Of a stretch of DNA of 64,000 nt, positions 9,041-18,624 are shown piece by piece. Source of the stretch: Candidatus Paceibacter sp. (lineage in GTDB: Bacteria > Patescibacteriota > Minisyncoccia > UBA9983); the NCBI GenBank assembly GCA_013360865.1, contig JABWAS010000005.1, positions 507 to 64,506 on the forward strand, given 5' to 3'. Each line of letters starts with the position of its first letter. Position 1 is the stretch's first letter. Below the pieces are notes generated by a model, which was given only the letters and a program-made list of their open reading frames with translations, searched no databases and was not told the DNA's origin. Both the position numbers and the translations under genes were made by a program.

Positions 9041-9634
9041 ATGAAAGAACCAAGAAATTTTCTTCTGATAGGCAGAGCCGGCTGCGGCAAAGGAACGCAG
9101 GCAGAATTACTTTTAAAGTACATGGAAAAGAATTGTTATGGAAAAACCTCGTACATTTACGTCGGCAGCGCCTTAAGGAGTTTTATTAACGATAACAATT
9201 CTTTAACTTCAAAATTAGCCGGCAAAATAATGGAAAAAGGGGACATGGAGCCAAGTTTTCTTGCCGTATGGGCGTTAGCCAATAATTTCATAGAAAAAAT
9301 AAACGAAAACGCGAATATTATAAGCGACGGTTTCCCAAGAAACTTGACGGAAGCAACTATCATTGATGAGGCTATTTTGTTTTACGACCTAAAAAACGTG
9401 TTTCCTGTTTTTATAGAAACAAGCCGAGATTGGTCAAAAGAAAAACTTTTGAAAAGAAAAAGAAACGACGACACGGAAGAAGCGATTAAAAGAAGGCTGG
9501 ATTATTTTGAAGAATTTGTAACACCAGTCATTGATTATTATCAAAATAAAAGTAAATATAAACTGGTAAGAGTGAACGGAGAACAGGGTATAGAAAAAGT
9601 CCACGAAGAAATTATAGACAAGTGTTTTAAATGA
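9041..9634 (+). CDS. adk: adenylate kinase (divergent P-loop GRAGCGKGTQ)
   Basis: DGFPRNLTEA (NMP-binding) and KRKRNDDTEEAIKRRL (lid/R-x-DD) motifs; position between secY region and map. AT-rich compared with neighbouring genes. Confidence 0.7.
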   Translation: MKEPRNFLLIGRAGCGKGTQAELLLKYMEKNCYGKTSYIYVGSALRSFINDNNSLTSKLAGKIMEKGDMEPSFLAVWALANNFIEKINENANIISDGFPRNLTEATIIDEAILFYDLKNVFPVFIETSRDWSKEKLLKRKRNDDTEEAIKRRLDYFEEFVTPVIDYYQNKSKYKLVRVNGEQGIEKVHEEIIDKCFK

Positions 9635-10395
9635 CAATTCTGGAATCGGAAAAGGACATAGCGGCTTTGAGGGAAGGAGGCAAAATACTTGCCTCCGTTT
9701 TAAACGAAGTCGCCAGAAGAGTCGCGCCCGGGGTTGCCGCGGCCGACTTGGACGCGTTGGCGGAAAAACTTATCAGAGAGGCGGGCGCCGAGCCGTCGTT
9801 TAAAAACTACAAAACTCCGGACGATAAAATTCCTTATCCGGCTTCGCTGTGCGTTTCCGTCAACGACGAAGTGGTGCACGGGATACCGGACCAAAAAATA
9901 TTCCAAGAGGGCGATGTTGTCGGGCTTGATTTGGGCTTAAAATACAAAGGCTTTTACACCGACTCCGCTGTAACGGCGCTTGCCGGAAAGGCCGACACGG
10001 AATCGCTAAGGCTGGTTGAGACGGCCAAAAAATCTCTGGCCAAAGGCATAAGTGTGGTAAAAGACGGGGCGAGGATAGGCGACATCGGATTTGCCGTGCA
10101 ATCCCGCGCCGAGAAAGACGGCTTCGGCGTGGTGAGAAAACTGGTCGGCCATGGCTTGGGGCGTAAAGTCCACGAAGGTCCGCAGGTGCCGAACTTCGGC
10201 TCCAGAGGCTCGGGGATGGCGCTGAAAAAAGGTCTGGTGCTGGCCATTGAGCCGATGATAACCGCCGGCGACTCGGATGTTTATCTGGACGACGATCTGT
10301 GGACGTGGAAAACAAAAGACCGTTCTTTGGCAGCCCATTTTGAGCATACGGTTATAGTCACCGAAAACGGGGCGGAAATAATAACCAAACTCTGA
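9631..10395 (+). CDS. map: type I methionine aminopeptidase
   Basis: 254 aa; conserved metal-ligand regions (DxVHGIP, GHGLGRKVHE, EHTVIVTENG). Confidence 0.9.
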   Translation: MTILESEKDIAALREGGKILASVLNEVARRVAPGVAAADLDALAEKLIREAGAEPSFKNYKTPDDKIPYPASLCVSVNDEVVHGIPDQKIFQEGDVVGLDLGLKYKGFYTDSAVTALAGKADTESLRLVETAKKSLAKGISVVKDGARIGDIGFAVQSRAEKDGFGVVRKLVGHGLGRKVHEGPQVPNFGSRGSGMALKKGLVLAIEPMITAGDSDVYLDDDLWTWKTKDRSLAAHFEHTVIVTENGAEIITKL

Positions 10396-10401
10396 AGCTT
10401 T

Positions 10402-10851
10402 ATGCGTTTTTTGGGTATTGATTACGGTACGAAAAGAATCGGTCTTGCTCTTTCCGACGAAAAAGGAAAGATGGCTTTTGCTTATAAAATCATCGGCAAT
10501 TACGGCGCGGAAAAAGTTTTGGCGGAGCTTAAAAAAATCTGCGAAGAAAATTCGGTCGGAAAAATTATTTTAGGGGAGTCTTTAAATTACAGAGGCGAAC
10601 CGAATCCGGTAATGGCCGAAATTGAGCCGTTTAAAAAGGCGATGGAAAAGGAAACCGGCCTGCCGGTTGAATACGAGAAAGAAATTTTAACCTCGGCCGA
10701 AGCCCGAAGGCCGCTGGACGGTCCAAGAAAGCGCCCGCCCGTTTTAAGCGGGAGAAAATCGCCGCAAAAAGAAAAAAAGCTAAGAAGAAAAATTGACGCC
10801 GCCGCCGCCGCGCTTATCCTGCGGAGATATCTGGACAGGAGTGTGGTATAA
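10402..10851 (+). CDS. ruvX: Holliday junction resolvase-like RuvX/YqgF with basic C-terminal extension
   Basis: MRFLGIDYGTKRIGLALSD... canonical YqgF N-terminus; 149 aa. Confidence 0.8.
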   Translation: MRFLGIDYGTKRIGLALSDEKGKMAFAYKIIGNYGAEKVLAELKKICEENSVGKIILGESLNYRGEPNPVMAEIEPFKKAMEKETGLPVEYEKEILTSAEARRPLDGPRKRPPVLSGRKSPQKEKKLRRKIDAAAAALILRRYLDRSVV

Positions 10852-10860
10852 TCTTTAATC

Positions 10861-11463
10861 GTGAAGTTATTTTTTCTAAACAGTCTGCAAAAGCTCCGTT
10901 TTTGGACGTTGAAGTGGGCCGATTCCAAGAATTCCGCTTTGGCGCTCTTTATACTGGCTTTCGCCGAAGCGTCTTTTTTCCCCATACCGCCGGATGTCTT
11001 GCTTATCGGAATATTGGCCATAAACTCAACCAAGTGGCTGAAGTATGCCATTATCTGTACCGCTGGTTCCGTTTTGGGCGGGCTGTTCGGTTATCTCATC
11101 GGCTGGGGATTCTATGAGGCCGTCGGCCAGCGCATCGTTGATTTTTACGGGCTGCAGGCGACGGTGGATGCTATTGGTTTAAAGTATTCCCAGCACGCTT
11201 TTTGGACGGTTTTTACCGCGGCGTTTACGCCGATACCGTTTAAGGTAATAACAATTACCGCCGGCTTGTTTAAAATTTCCTTAATTCAATTAGTAGCGGC
11301 TTCCGTTGTGGGAAGGGCGGCCAGATTTTTCATGGTGGCGCTTATCCTTAAATTTTTTGGCAAAAGAGTGAATAATCTGGTGATAAAATATTTTGACATC
11401 CTCTCTTTGGCGGCCGTTGTCGTGGTTATCTTGAGTTTTGTGGCGATAAAATATGTTTTTTAA
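10861..11463 (+). CDS. DedA/VTT-domain family membrane protein
   Basis: Multi-pass membrane protein; FTPIPFKVITITAGL and GYLIGW resemble VTT/DedA signature. GTG start predicted by the track. Confidence 0.55.
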   Translation: MKLFFLNSLQKLRFWTLKWADSKNSALALFILAFAEASFFPIPPDVLLIGILAINSTKWLKYAIICTAGSVLGGLFGYLIGWGFYEAVGQRIVDFYGLQATVDAIGLKYSQHAFWTVFTAAFTPIPFKVITITAGLFKISLIQLVAASVVGRAARFFMVALILKFFGKRVNNLVIKYFDILSLAAVVVVILSFVAIKYVF

Positions 11464-11526
11464 ATACAAAAGTTCTTCACTTGTCGTCGTTGCCGCTAAT
11501 CGTAACGGTGATAAAATAGAAATAAA

Positions 11527-12630
11527 GTGAAGACGGATAATTTTTTCTTCAAATTATTCCCGCCGCCGGACTATCTTAAGATGCCGGCTCTTTGTCTGGA
11601 CATCTCCGATCGCTCGCTGAAGTACATGGAATTCGCCGGCGGCAGCGGCGGAATTTCCCTGAAAAAATACGGGCTGTTCCCGATACCGGAAGGGGTCATA
11701 GAAAGAGGGGAAATAAAGCAGAAAGAAAAACTGGCCGAAGTTTTAAGACCTATTCAAAAGAAGCTTAAAAACAGACTGGTCATGGCTTCTTTGCCGGAAG
11801 AAAAAGCGTTCCTAAGCAGGGTCAAGTTTCCCCTGATGCCGGAAAAGGAAATAAGAGGCTCCATAGAGCTCCAGCTGGATGAGTGCGTGCCGCTTAGCGC
11901 CGCCGAAGCCATATTTGATTTTGACGTGATCAGCCGCTCGGATGAGGAAGGGCATATGGACATCAACATCATCGCTTTTTCCAAGACTTTCGTGGAGCAA
12001 TACCGGGACGTTTTAAGGGAGTCCGGCTATATTCCCGCCGCGTTTGAAATGGAAGCGCACGCCTTCGCGCGGTCGGTGGTGCCATGGGGCGAGAGAGGCA
12101 ACGTCATCGTGGTTGACTTTGGCCGGACCAGAGCGACGTTTGCCATCGTTGCCGAAGGCAAGGTGCAGTTCGCCACGACCGTGGGCGTCGCCGGACAGGA
12201 CGTGGAGAACGCCATTGTCTCCAATCTCAAAGTCGGCAAAGAAGACGTGGAGAAAATAAAAAGGGAGGTCGGTTTTTACAAAACCAAAAACAACGAAGAT
12301 GTGTTTAACGCCATGCTCCCGATAATTTCCGTTATCAAGGATGAGATAAAAAAGCAGATTGATTATTGGGTTTCCCACTATGACGAGCATGCCAAAGACG
12401 GGCGGAAGGGCAGGGATAAGGCGAAAATCCAGAAGGTCATACTTTGCGGCGGGGAATCCACCCTGGCCGGCCTGCCGGAATATTTATCGTACGAGCTTAA
12501 ACTTAAAGTGGAGCTGGGCAACCCCTGGGTCAACGTCTGTTCCTTTGACGATTATATACCGGAAATAGAGAGGGGGGATTCTTTGGCTTACGCCACGGTG
12601 ATAGGCCTGGCTTTGCGCCAATGGCAATAA
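11527..12630 (+). CDS. pilM: type IV pilus assembly protein PilM-like (actin-like ATPase fold)
   Basis: LCLDISDRSLKYMEF... and GG/ATP-fold regions typical of PilM; followed by PilN/PilO-like single-pass proteins. Confidence 0.7.
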   Translation: MKTDNFFFKLFPPPDYLKMPALCLDISDRSLKYMEFAGGSGGISLKKYGLFPIPEGVIERGEIKQKEKLAEVLRPIQKKLKNRLVMASLPEEKAFLSRVKFPLMPEKEIRGSIELQLDECVPLSAAEAIFDFDVISRSDEEGHMDINIIAFSKTFVEQYRDVLRESGYIPAAFEMEAHAFARSVVPWGERGNVIVVDFGRTRATFAIVAEGKVQFATTVGVAGQDVENAIVSNLKVGKEDVEKIKREVGFYKTKNNEDVFNAMLPIISVIKDEIKKQIDYWVSHYDEHAKDGRKGRDKAKIQKVILCGGESTLAGLPEYLSYELKLKVELGNPWVNVCSFDDYIPEIERGDSLAYATVIGLALRQWQ

Positions 12631-12634
12631 AATT

Positions 12635-13192
12635 ATGATAAACTTGCTTCCGCCGGAAGATAAAAAATCAATAAGGAAAGAATATCTGGGCAGGCTTGCC
12701 GCTGTCTGGGGCGCGTTTTTTACTTTCGCTTTTTTTGCCGGGGCAACAGTGCTGCTTCCCAACTTTTTTCTATTTTCAAGCCAAAGCGGCGATTTAGCCG
12801 CGCAAATCTCCGCCGCCGAAGAAAAAATTAAAAAACTGGACGCCGAAAAAAGCGCCGGCGAAATAAAAAAAATAAACGAGCGGCTGGCCATGATAAACTC
12901 GCCCAAATTTGACTACCGGTTAAGCGAACTGTTCCAAGAAATTATCGGGCTGAAAAGCGCCGGAGTAAAAATAACGGCCATAAATTTTGACGTCCAGAAA
13001 ACCAAAAGCTCAACCGAAGCCAGAGTGTCGCTTTCCGGCAAGGCATCCGCCAGAGACGGCCTGCTTGATTTTATCAGCAAGCTGAAAAGGAGTTACGGGG
13101 ACCAAAGAGTCAGCTCGCCCATAACCAACCTGATAAGCGACAAGGACGCCGCCTTTTCTTTGACGATAACTTTGCCTTATGAAAAGCAATAA
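12635..13192 (+). CDS. pilN: PilN-like pilus assembly protein
   Basis: N-terminal TM helix plus coiled-coil; gene order after pilM. Confidence 0.5.
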   Translation: MINLLPPEDKKSIRKEYLGRLAAVWGAFFTFAFFAGATVLLPNFFLFSSQSGDLAAQISAAEEKIKKLDAEKSAGEIKKINERLAMINSPKFDYRLSELFQEIIGLKSAGVKITAINFDVQKTKSSTEARVSLSGKASARDGLLDFISKLKRSYGDQRVSSPITNLISDKDAAFSLTITLPYEKQ

Positions 13193-13730
13193 TTTTTTCA
13201 TCAAAACATTTTTATCCTTTGCCGCCGCGGCCGCCGCGTTGGGGGTCTGGCTGTTTGTTCTAAATTACATAGAGAACGGGAAAACCGATTTGGCCGTTCA
13301 GCGAGGCAAGCTGGCTGAAAACGAAGAAAGACTGGCCGGCCTCAAGTCCGCCATGGACTCGCTTAATTCGTTTAAAAAAGAGAGCGACATCATAGAATCG
13401 GTTTTTTTGACCGAGGACGAAATGATAAGAGTGATAGAAGGCCTGGAGTCCATCAGCGCCAACTCCGGAGTCAAACTGAAAATAAACTCGGTCAGCGCCG
13501 ACGGGGCGAAAAACTTAAAACCCAGTTTTTCTTTTTCCGTTGACGGGCCGTTTGAGAGCATAATCCGGTACCTTTATTCCTTGGAAAATCTGCCGTATCT
13601 TATAAACATCACCAGAGCGTCAATTATCAAAAAAGGAACATCCGCCTCCGCGGACGCCGGCGAGGAAGCCGTTGCTGGCGGCTGGCAGGGAGTTTTTACC
13701 ATAGAATTGGAAAGCTATGAAAAAAGTTGA
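13179..13730 (+). CDS. pilO: PilO-like pilus assembly protein
   Basis: N-terminal TM helix, coiled-coil, overlaps pilN end; gene order. Confidence 0.45.
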   Translation: MKSNNFFIKTFLSFAAAAAALGVWLFVLNYIENGKTDLAVQRGKLAENEERLAGLKSAMDSLNSFKKESDIIESVFLTEDEMIRVIEGLESISANSGVKLKINSVSADGAKNLKPSFSFSVDGPFESIIRYLYSLENLPYLINITRASIIKKGTSASADAGEEAVAGGWQGVFTIELESYEKS

Positions 13731-14043
13731 TTTTAAGTCAATTATAGGATATTTTAATTTCCGTGGCGGCTCAAGCGGTACGGGAGGGAGCGTCTGCCGG
13801 GATTGGGCCATCGCGTTAATTTGCTCCTCTTTTGTTTTGGCGGCAGTTCTGGCCGTTGACGGCTATGTCATCTGGAGAGGTTTGGGCGCGGAGAAAGAGG
13901 TTCCCGCCGCCGAATCCGGCAAGCAGAAATTTTCCGGAATAAGCAAAACCGCGCTGGACAGCGCCGTGGAAAAAATAGCGGATAAAGAAAAGCGGTTCAA
14001 AAACAGCTCCGCCGCGCCGAAAGTGGCCGACCCATCGCTGTGA
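13717..14043 (+). CDS. hypothetical membrane-anchored protein
   Basis: 108 aa ORF overlapping pilO end; one TM helix; no recognisable motif. Confidence 0.3.
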   Translation: MKKVDFKSIIGYFNFRGGSSGTGGSVCRDWAIALICSSFVLAAVLAVDGYVIWRGLGAEKEVPAAESGKQKFSGISKTALDSAVEKIADKEKRFKNSSAAPKVADPSL

Positions 14044-14047
14044 TTTT

Positions 14048-14118
14048 GCCCTCGTAGTTCAAAGCCGACGCTCTGGTCGGCTCCCCGACAACAAAGTTCG
14101 TCGGGGTGGATAGAATAC
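14048..14118 (+). repeat. partial duplicate of tRNA-Arg 5' end (positions 1-15 plus D-loop GGATAGAA) interrupted by a 47-nt hairpin insert
   Basis: GCCCTCGTAGTTCAA at 14048-14062 and GGATAGAA at 14108-14115 match the tRNA at 14403-14475. Between them lies the hairpin CCGACG...CGTCGG. Confidence 0.7.
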
Positions 14119-14120
14119 CT

Positions 14121-14396
14121 ATGGATACAAGTAAAAATGGGTATGTTTATATACTGAAAGACAAAAATGGGAAATTTTATGTTGGAAGCACCGATAATTT
14201 AGATAGAAGGCTGAAGCAGCATAAAAATGGCCACACTCAAACAACTAGAAAGATGAATGATTTCATGTTAGTTTTAATGCAAAAGTATGAATCATTAGAT
14301 TTGGCGCGTAAAGTAGAAAGAAGAATTAAAGATCTAAAACGCAAAGATTATATTGAAAAAATAGTTAATGACGGGTATATCAATATAAAAATTTGA
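14121..14396 (+). CDS. small GIY-YIG nuclease family protein
   Basis: GYVYILKDKNGKFYVGSTDNLDRRLKQHKNG = GIY-YIG motif (GIY...YVG...R...QH). ATG at 14121; the track starts at an upstream GTG (14106). Confidence 0.75.
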   Translation: MDTSKNGYVYILKDKNGKFYVGSTDNLDRRLKQHKNGHTQTTRKMNDFMLVLMQKYESLDLARKVERRIKDLKRKDYIEKIVNDGYINIKI

Positions 14397-14402
14397 TGTT
14401 GC

Positions 14403-14475
14403 GCCCTCGTAGTTCAATGGATAGAACTGGAGACTTCTAATCTCCCGATCGAGGTTCGATTCCTCGCGAGGGCAC
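14403..14475 (+). tRNA. tRNA-Arg (anticodon TCT)
   Basis: Cloverleaf folds by hand: acceptor GCCCTCG/CGAGGGC, anticodon stem GGAGA/TCTCC with loop CTTCTAA, T-arm CGAGGTTCGATTCCTCG. Confidence 0.75.
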
Positions 14476-14539
14476 ATAGTAGTGAGACCTACCGAAAGGC
14501 CTCAGTAGAGCAATATTTCAGATGAGTCAAGACAAAAAA

Positions 14540-14566
14540 CCAGGTTCGAGTCCTGGTGGGTTTTTG
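14540..14566 (+). repeat. tRNA 3'-end-like fragment (T-arm CCAGGTTCGAGTCCTGG plus TGGGTTT)
   Basis: Perfect T-stem/loop with the GGTTCGAGTCC consensus, but no upstream tRNA body. Resembles an attachment-site remnant at the island border. Confidence 0.45.
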
Positions 14567-14780
14567 CTCGCAGTAATAAAAATTCTTTTTGTGTTTTCAG
14601 ATAAAGCAAATTCATAATCAAAAATTGCTTCTGATTTCAAACCCCATCCTCGGCGAAAAACAGTGTGTGGCAGTGCGCTAAAATTCCGAATTCGTTTGGA
14701 AAATTCGGAGAAATCAGTTGGGCACGATGTATTTAATTCTCTTTTGAAATGCAATCCTGTAACATACATAGGGCGATCTT

Positions 14781-14875
14781 GCATAAAGCACAATTTGTGT
14801 TAAAAGAACGATAGAAGAAATCCTGGTGGATTTCTGAAAATTGCACATTTACAACCCAAAAGGAGGTGAATTATG
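14781..14875 (+). repeat. left ~97-bp inverted repeat carrying 5'UTR hairpin, RBS (AAGGAGGTG) and ATG of the radical SAM gene
   Basis: Reverse complement of 20717-20815 is about 97% identical (2 substitutions, 2 single-nt indels). Contains hairpin GAAATCCTGGTGGATTTC. Confidence 0.85.
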
Positions 14876-16096
14876 GAATTCAAGAAGGAATACTTCGCGG
14901 TAGCCAATTCGGAACCACGTGTCACGATCAACGGTATGACTACGGGACGAGAATTTTCTGTGCGCGAATATACATTCGGAGTTCTTGTGCCGGATAGCAA
15001 TCATCCGCTCTCATGCGTCAGTGTGTCTAATAGCTCGCTGAGCATTGATTTGTGGATTGGATGTTCTTGGCAGTGCAGATACTGCCACGTTCAAGACACC
15101 AATCAAGATCTTGCCGATCAGGGCATGATGCCGAAAAAACCACGACGGCGCAATCAGTTTACCGTGGACCAAATCCTCGATGAACTGGTCAAGCATCCGT
15201 TCTTCATCGCTGATGAGACAATCATCAGCATCGGAACGGCAAGCACCGAGCCATTCGCCCCTGCTGTCGTAGACAGCACGTTCGAGATTATGGACGGATT
15301 CGTCCGGCGCGGTCTGCGGAATCCTTTCTGGATCGTCACTAAGGGTGGCGTTCCTAAAGGGAGAAAACTTGACTTCGCCCGCATCTCGAATGCGACGCGC
15401 GGCTTGATGCTGTCGCTGTGCTGGGCAGACAATCCTGACACGATTGAGCCAGCGCATAACAACCGCTTTCTCAATGCTGAGGAAGCCAAGGAAGCAGGAG
15501 CCACCATTGCGTGGTACATGCGACCGATCGTTCCTGAGTGGAGCGGTAATCGGGACAGAATTGAGATGATGATGCTGTGGGTGAAAAAACACTACGGCGA
15601 AGTCATCGATATGATCGTTCCGGGTGGTCTGCGCTGGACGGAAGGTATCGAGAACGGACTGGCGGAGATTCACAAGCTCCCCATGCCTGACATCCCTCGG
15701 GATGACAATGTGAAATCGTTGCCGCAGGAGTTGGTGGATTCCATCTTCTCACTGAGCGCCGAACACTTTCCTGGTATCCCCGTCTATCTCAAGTCATCAT
15801 GCGCCCTTACTCGGATGCTCAGGATCCCGAGCATCACTTCAGTGCAGGTTTTCGCACGGCCAGGATGCGAGGCATCTCGCTGTCCTCTGACCCAACGGAG
15901 AATCTGCGCTCAGGGTTCGGCTTACAACATGACGGCCGAACGAGTACAGGGCATCTTGGATGACCTCGGGATTCCGGCTCATGTAGTGAGTTGGGATATC
16001 AACCACGGACTTGTTACTCACCCCGAGATGAGCAAGTTCACCTACGCAGTCAGGCAGACTGTATTCAAACATCTGGCAATGGGAGGTCCCACATGA
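14873..16096 (+). CDS. radical SAM protein, SplB/COG1533-like
   Basis: CX3CX2C motif in context IGCSWQCRYCHV near the N-terminus. 407 aa; more GC-rich (by eye) than the flanking genome. Stop overlaps the next ATG (ATGA). Confidence 0.65.
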   Translation: MEFKKEYFAVANSEPRVTINGMTTGREFSVREYTFGVLVPDSNHPLSCVSVSNSSLSIDLWIGCSWQCRYCHVQDTNQDLADQGMMPKKPRRRNQFTVDQILDELVKHPFFIADETIISIGTASTEPFAPAVVDSTFEIMDGFVRRGLRNPFWIVTKGGVPKGRKLDFARISNATRGLMLSLCWADNPDTIEPAHNNRFLNAEEAKEAGATIAWYMRPIVPEWSGNRDRIEMMMLWVKKHYGEVIDMIVPGGLRWTEGIENGLAEIHKLPMPDIPRDDNVKSLPQELVDSIFSLSAEHFPGIPVYLKSSCALTRMLRIPSITSVQVFARPGCEASRCPLTQRRICAQGSAYNMTAERVQGILDDLGIPAHVVSWDINHGLVTHPEMSKFTYAVRQTVFKHLAMGGPT

Positions 16097-17211
16097 AGAC
16101 GTATGATGAAATCAAACGCCACTTCGGGACCTTTGGTTTCCAGTGGCAAGAAAGTGTTCCGATTGTAAGCACCAATCCTAAGCTCCTGTTCAACATCTCT
16201 GGCGGTGTCGTGTTTGAGGATACGATCTCTCATGGAGTAATCCCTGAAAAGACCCGTGTCGTTTCGGTTCAGACATGCCTGCGAACGGACGGGTGGGAGA
16301 AGATTGGTTTGTCGGGAAGGCACCACCTTGCATTCGACATGCTCGGCCACTTCTCCCTCTACGAGGGCAAGGAGCAAGAGGTTAAGGAAGCAATAATCGA
16401 GAGTGCCTGGCGTTATCTGACGGTGTGTGTGGGGATCAGTCCTGCCACGCTGTCAGCAACAGTGCATCCGCAAGATGCAACATCGCAGAGAATCTGGGAA
16501 AGGTTGGGTGCCAAAACTGTCAGCAATGACGGAAATGTCACTTTTACTCCGACTCGGAACCGATGCGGTGTTCGCACGGAGATCGTCTGGAGAAATCCGG
16601 ACACGAGTAAGTCAATCGAGCTTTGGAACTTGGTCTTTACCGAGTTTCTGGGCGAGACGCTTTTCGAGTCTCCTCTGGAGAAGATTGCCGCCGATTCTGG
16701 TGCAAGTATTGATCGTATCGTCACGGCAGTCGAATGCTGTAGTAGCGATTATGAAAACACCAATTGGAAAGGCGTGATCGAATCTATCAGTGAGCGATCC
16801 GAGGTAAAGGATCGAGCCATCATGTGCCGCCTCGCAGATCTCGGCAAAGCGGCGGTGCTTCTGGTATCGCAAGGACTTCGACCTGGAAACAAAGCGGCGG
16901 ATTATGTCCTTCGGAAACTCATCCGAGAGGCTTTCATCCTCTGCCGACAGATCTCCATCTCATTTGATGAATTTGTCGTGATATCAGGAAATCAATGGGC
17001 CTCGGTTGATGCGGTGCAAACTGTGTTTGCCGAGGAGGTGTCAAAGTTCGAGAAAGGGCTTGAGCGCGGGAGAAAGGAATATACAAAATTCGTCTCTCGC
17101 AGGAATGGTCGCTTGACTGAATCAGACATCAAGTATCTAACATCCACATTCGGATTTCCGAAGGCTCTTATCGAGCTTGAGGAGTCGAAACGGAACAAGG
17201 AGGCACTATGA
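16093..17211 (+). CDS. alanyl-tRNA synthetase catalytic-domain paralog 1 (truncated, no editing/C-Ala domains)
   Basis: NPKLLFNISGGVVFED, VQTCLRTDGWEKIGLSGRHHLAFDMLGHFSLYEG and C-terminal TSTFGFPKALIE parallel AlaRS class II catalytic-core motifs. ATGA overlap with upstream rSAM gene and downstream ORF. Confidence 0.6.
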   Translation: MKTYDEIKRHFGTFGFQWQESVPIVSTNPKLLFNISGGVVFEDTISHGVIPEKTRVVSVQTCLRTDGWEKIGLSGRHHLAFDMLGHFSLYEGKEQEVKEAIIESAWRYLTVCVGISPATLSATVHPQDATSQRIWERLGAKTVSNDGNVTFTPTRNRCGVRTEIVWRNPDTSKSIELWNLVFTEFLGETLFESPLEKIAADSGASIDRIVTAVECCSSDYENTNWKGVIESISERSEVKDRAIMCRLADLGKAAVLLVSQGLRPGNKAADYVLRKLIREAFILCRQISISFDEFVVISGNQWASVDAVQTVFAEEVSKFEKGLERGRKEYTKFVSRRNGRLTESDIKYLTSTFGFPKALIELEESKRNKEAL

Positions 17212-17963
17212 AAAATAGTTTAGTCTCCAATCTGACTCACGTACTTTGTGAGTTACAAGGCATGAGAGTGCTCTTGCACGTCGGACTGAAGAGGAACTCC
17301 CCCAAAGGCAAGATCGATCTTTTGGCGGGCTGCGACGACGGGGGTATTGAAAAATATTCCCCTCTCATCAAGGCTTTGCTTGAGGATCGGTGGCCAACCG
17401 GAAACTTCTTTGTGTGCGATGACAGTGTTCGCTTTGATCTGCCGACAGGTTCTGGAGGTGTCGCAGTTTGCGACGCAGCCTTGCTTGTTCGGCAGGTTGA
17501 AGGGTGGATCGAGGGTAAGAATCTGGGTGGTCAACATCGCCCATGGGCTACAGGGTACTGGTTGCCAGAAGCGCTGTGCAGAGACTTGGCAACTGCCAAG
17601 ACCTTGTACGATGTTACGGATATCGGTGTCCGACTTAGGGAGCTACTAATTCCATACCCTGTTTCGCTCTCGGAATCTATCGTTGAGCTGTGTACTGATG
17701 AGATCAGGCAGAAACTCTCAATGCTTGAGAAGTTGCACGAAAATGCAACTATCGAACGGGAACTATGCCTATCGGATGTTACGGCCTCGATGGTTCGGCT
17801 CGCATTCGCGCGCAGTCGAAGATACTTCCGTGGATTCCGATCGCTTGAACAACAAGCGAAGCTCCTTGGGTTTTCGGACATGCTCATCTATGAACTCGCC
17901 CTGAAACTCTCAAAGAGAGAAAGGGTGGCGGATGTGGTGAGTGAAATCAAAAGGTTGCTCTAA
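17208..17963 (+). CDS. hypothetical protein, possible nucleotidyltransferase-fold (low confidence)
   Basis: 251 aa; Gly/Asp-rich N-terminal region (LLAGCDDGG, FFVCDDSVRFD) followed by a helical C-terminus. No firm motif assignment. Confidence 0.3.
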   Translation: MKNSLVSNLTHVLCELQGMRVLLHVGLKRNSPKGKIDLLAGCDDGGIEKYSPLIKALLEDRWPTGNFFVCDDSVRFDLPTGSGGVAVCDAALLVRQVEGWIEGKNLGGQHRPWATGYWLPEALCRDLATAKTLYDVTDIGVRLRELLIPYPVSLSESIVELCTDEIRQKLSMLEKLHENATIERELCLSDVTASMVRLAFARSRRYFRGFRSLEQQAKLLGFSDMLIYELALKLSKRERVADVVSEIKRLL

Positions 17964-17993
17964 CTGGAGGCATACGAAAGTGTGCCTCCTTTT

Positions 17994-18602
17994 TTATTCG
18001 ATGATAGTTTTCTCTCCATTTTCAATAAGAGCAGCCTGAGAATTGTTCAAACGCTCCACAGTGACTCTATTTTTTGCTTCAAAAGCCTTTGTTTCTTCTT
18101 CAATTTCTGGAGAATAGTGTGGCAATATAATAAAATTTGTTATTCCGAATCCTGTAAAATCTTCTAGACCAACTTCATTTTTATCTGCAGCAACTTCTCC
18201 TGCAATTTCGATTGACGGACCAATAATGATGCTTCCTGCACTTACGCCTATATATACTCCATTTCGTTTAAGGAGACTTTCGATTGATGCTTTAAAATTT
18301 GATTCTCGAGCAAATTTAAGAAGTTTGAAAGTATTGCCTCCGCAAACATAAATAACATCGTATTCAGCAAAGTCCTTATCGGGTTCGGTTTCTAGGTCTA
18401 TAAAATCAATACGTAAAAATCCCATTTCACTAAATTGTTTCTTGGCGAGTTGGGCGTATTTATTATTTTCTTTTTCTTCTGCAGCTGTCGTTACTATAGC
18501 AACGGCATAATTTTTATAATCAGAAAATAAGCCCTTGAACCTTTCGGTAACTGGCCCAGAAGAAAGTCCTGTTGATGTGAGAAATATAAAACCTTTACTC
18601 AT
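17994..18602 (-). CDS. peptidase S51 family protein (dipeptidase E / cyanophycinase-like)
   Basis: VCGGNTFKLL and GVSAGSII (Ser nucleophile) motifs typical of PepE/S51. Conspicuously AT-rich relative to the rest of the cassette. Confidence 0.65.
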   Translation of the reverse strand: MSKGFIFLTSTGLSSGPVTERFKGLFSDYKNYAVAIVTTAAEEKENNKYAQLAKKQFSEMGFLRIDFIDLETEPDKDFAEYDVIYVCGGNTFKLLKFARESNFKASIESLLKRNGVYIGVSAGSIIIGPSIEIAGEVAADKNEVGLEDFTGFGITNFIILPHYSPEIEEETKAFEAKNRVTVERLNNSQAALIENGEKTIIE

Positions 18603-18624
18603 GCCTTCATTCTATATGATTTTT

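Noticed and set aside
14527-14793. 88-aa minus-strand ORF covering the tRNA-fragment region at the island border
   Set aside because: Overlaps the tRNA-like remnant and promoter region; no RBS or motif; likely non-coding.
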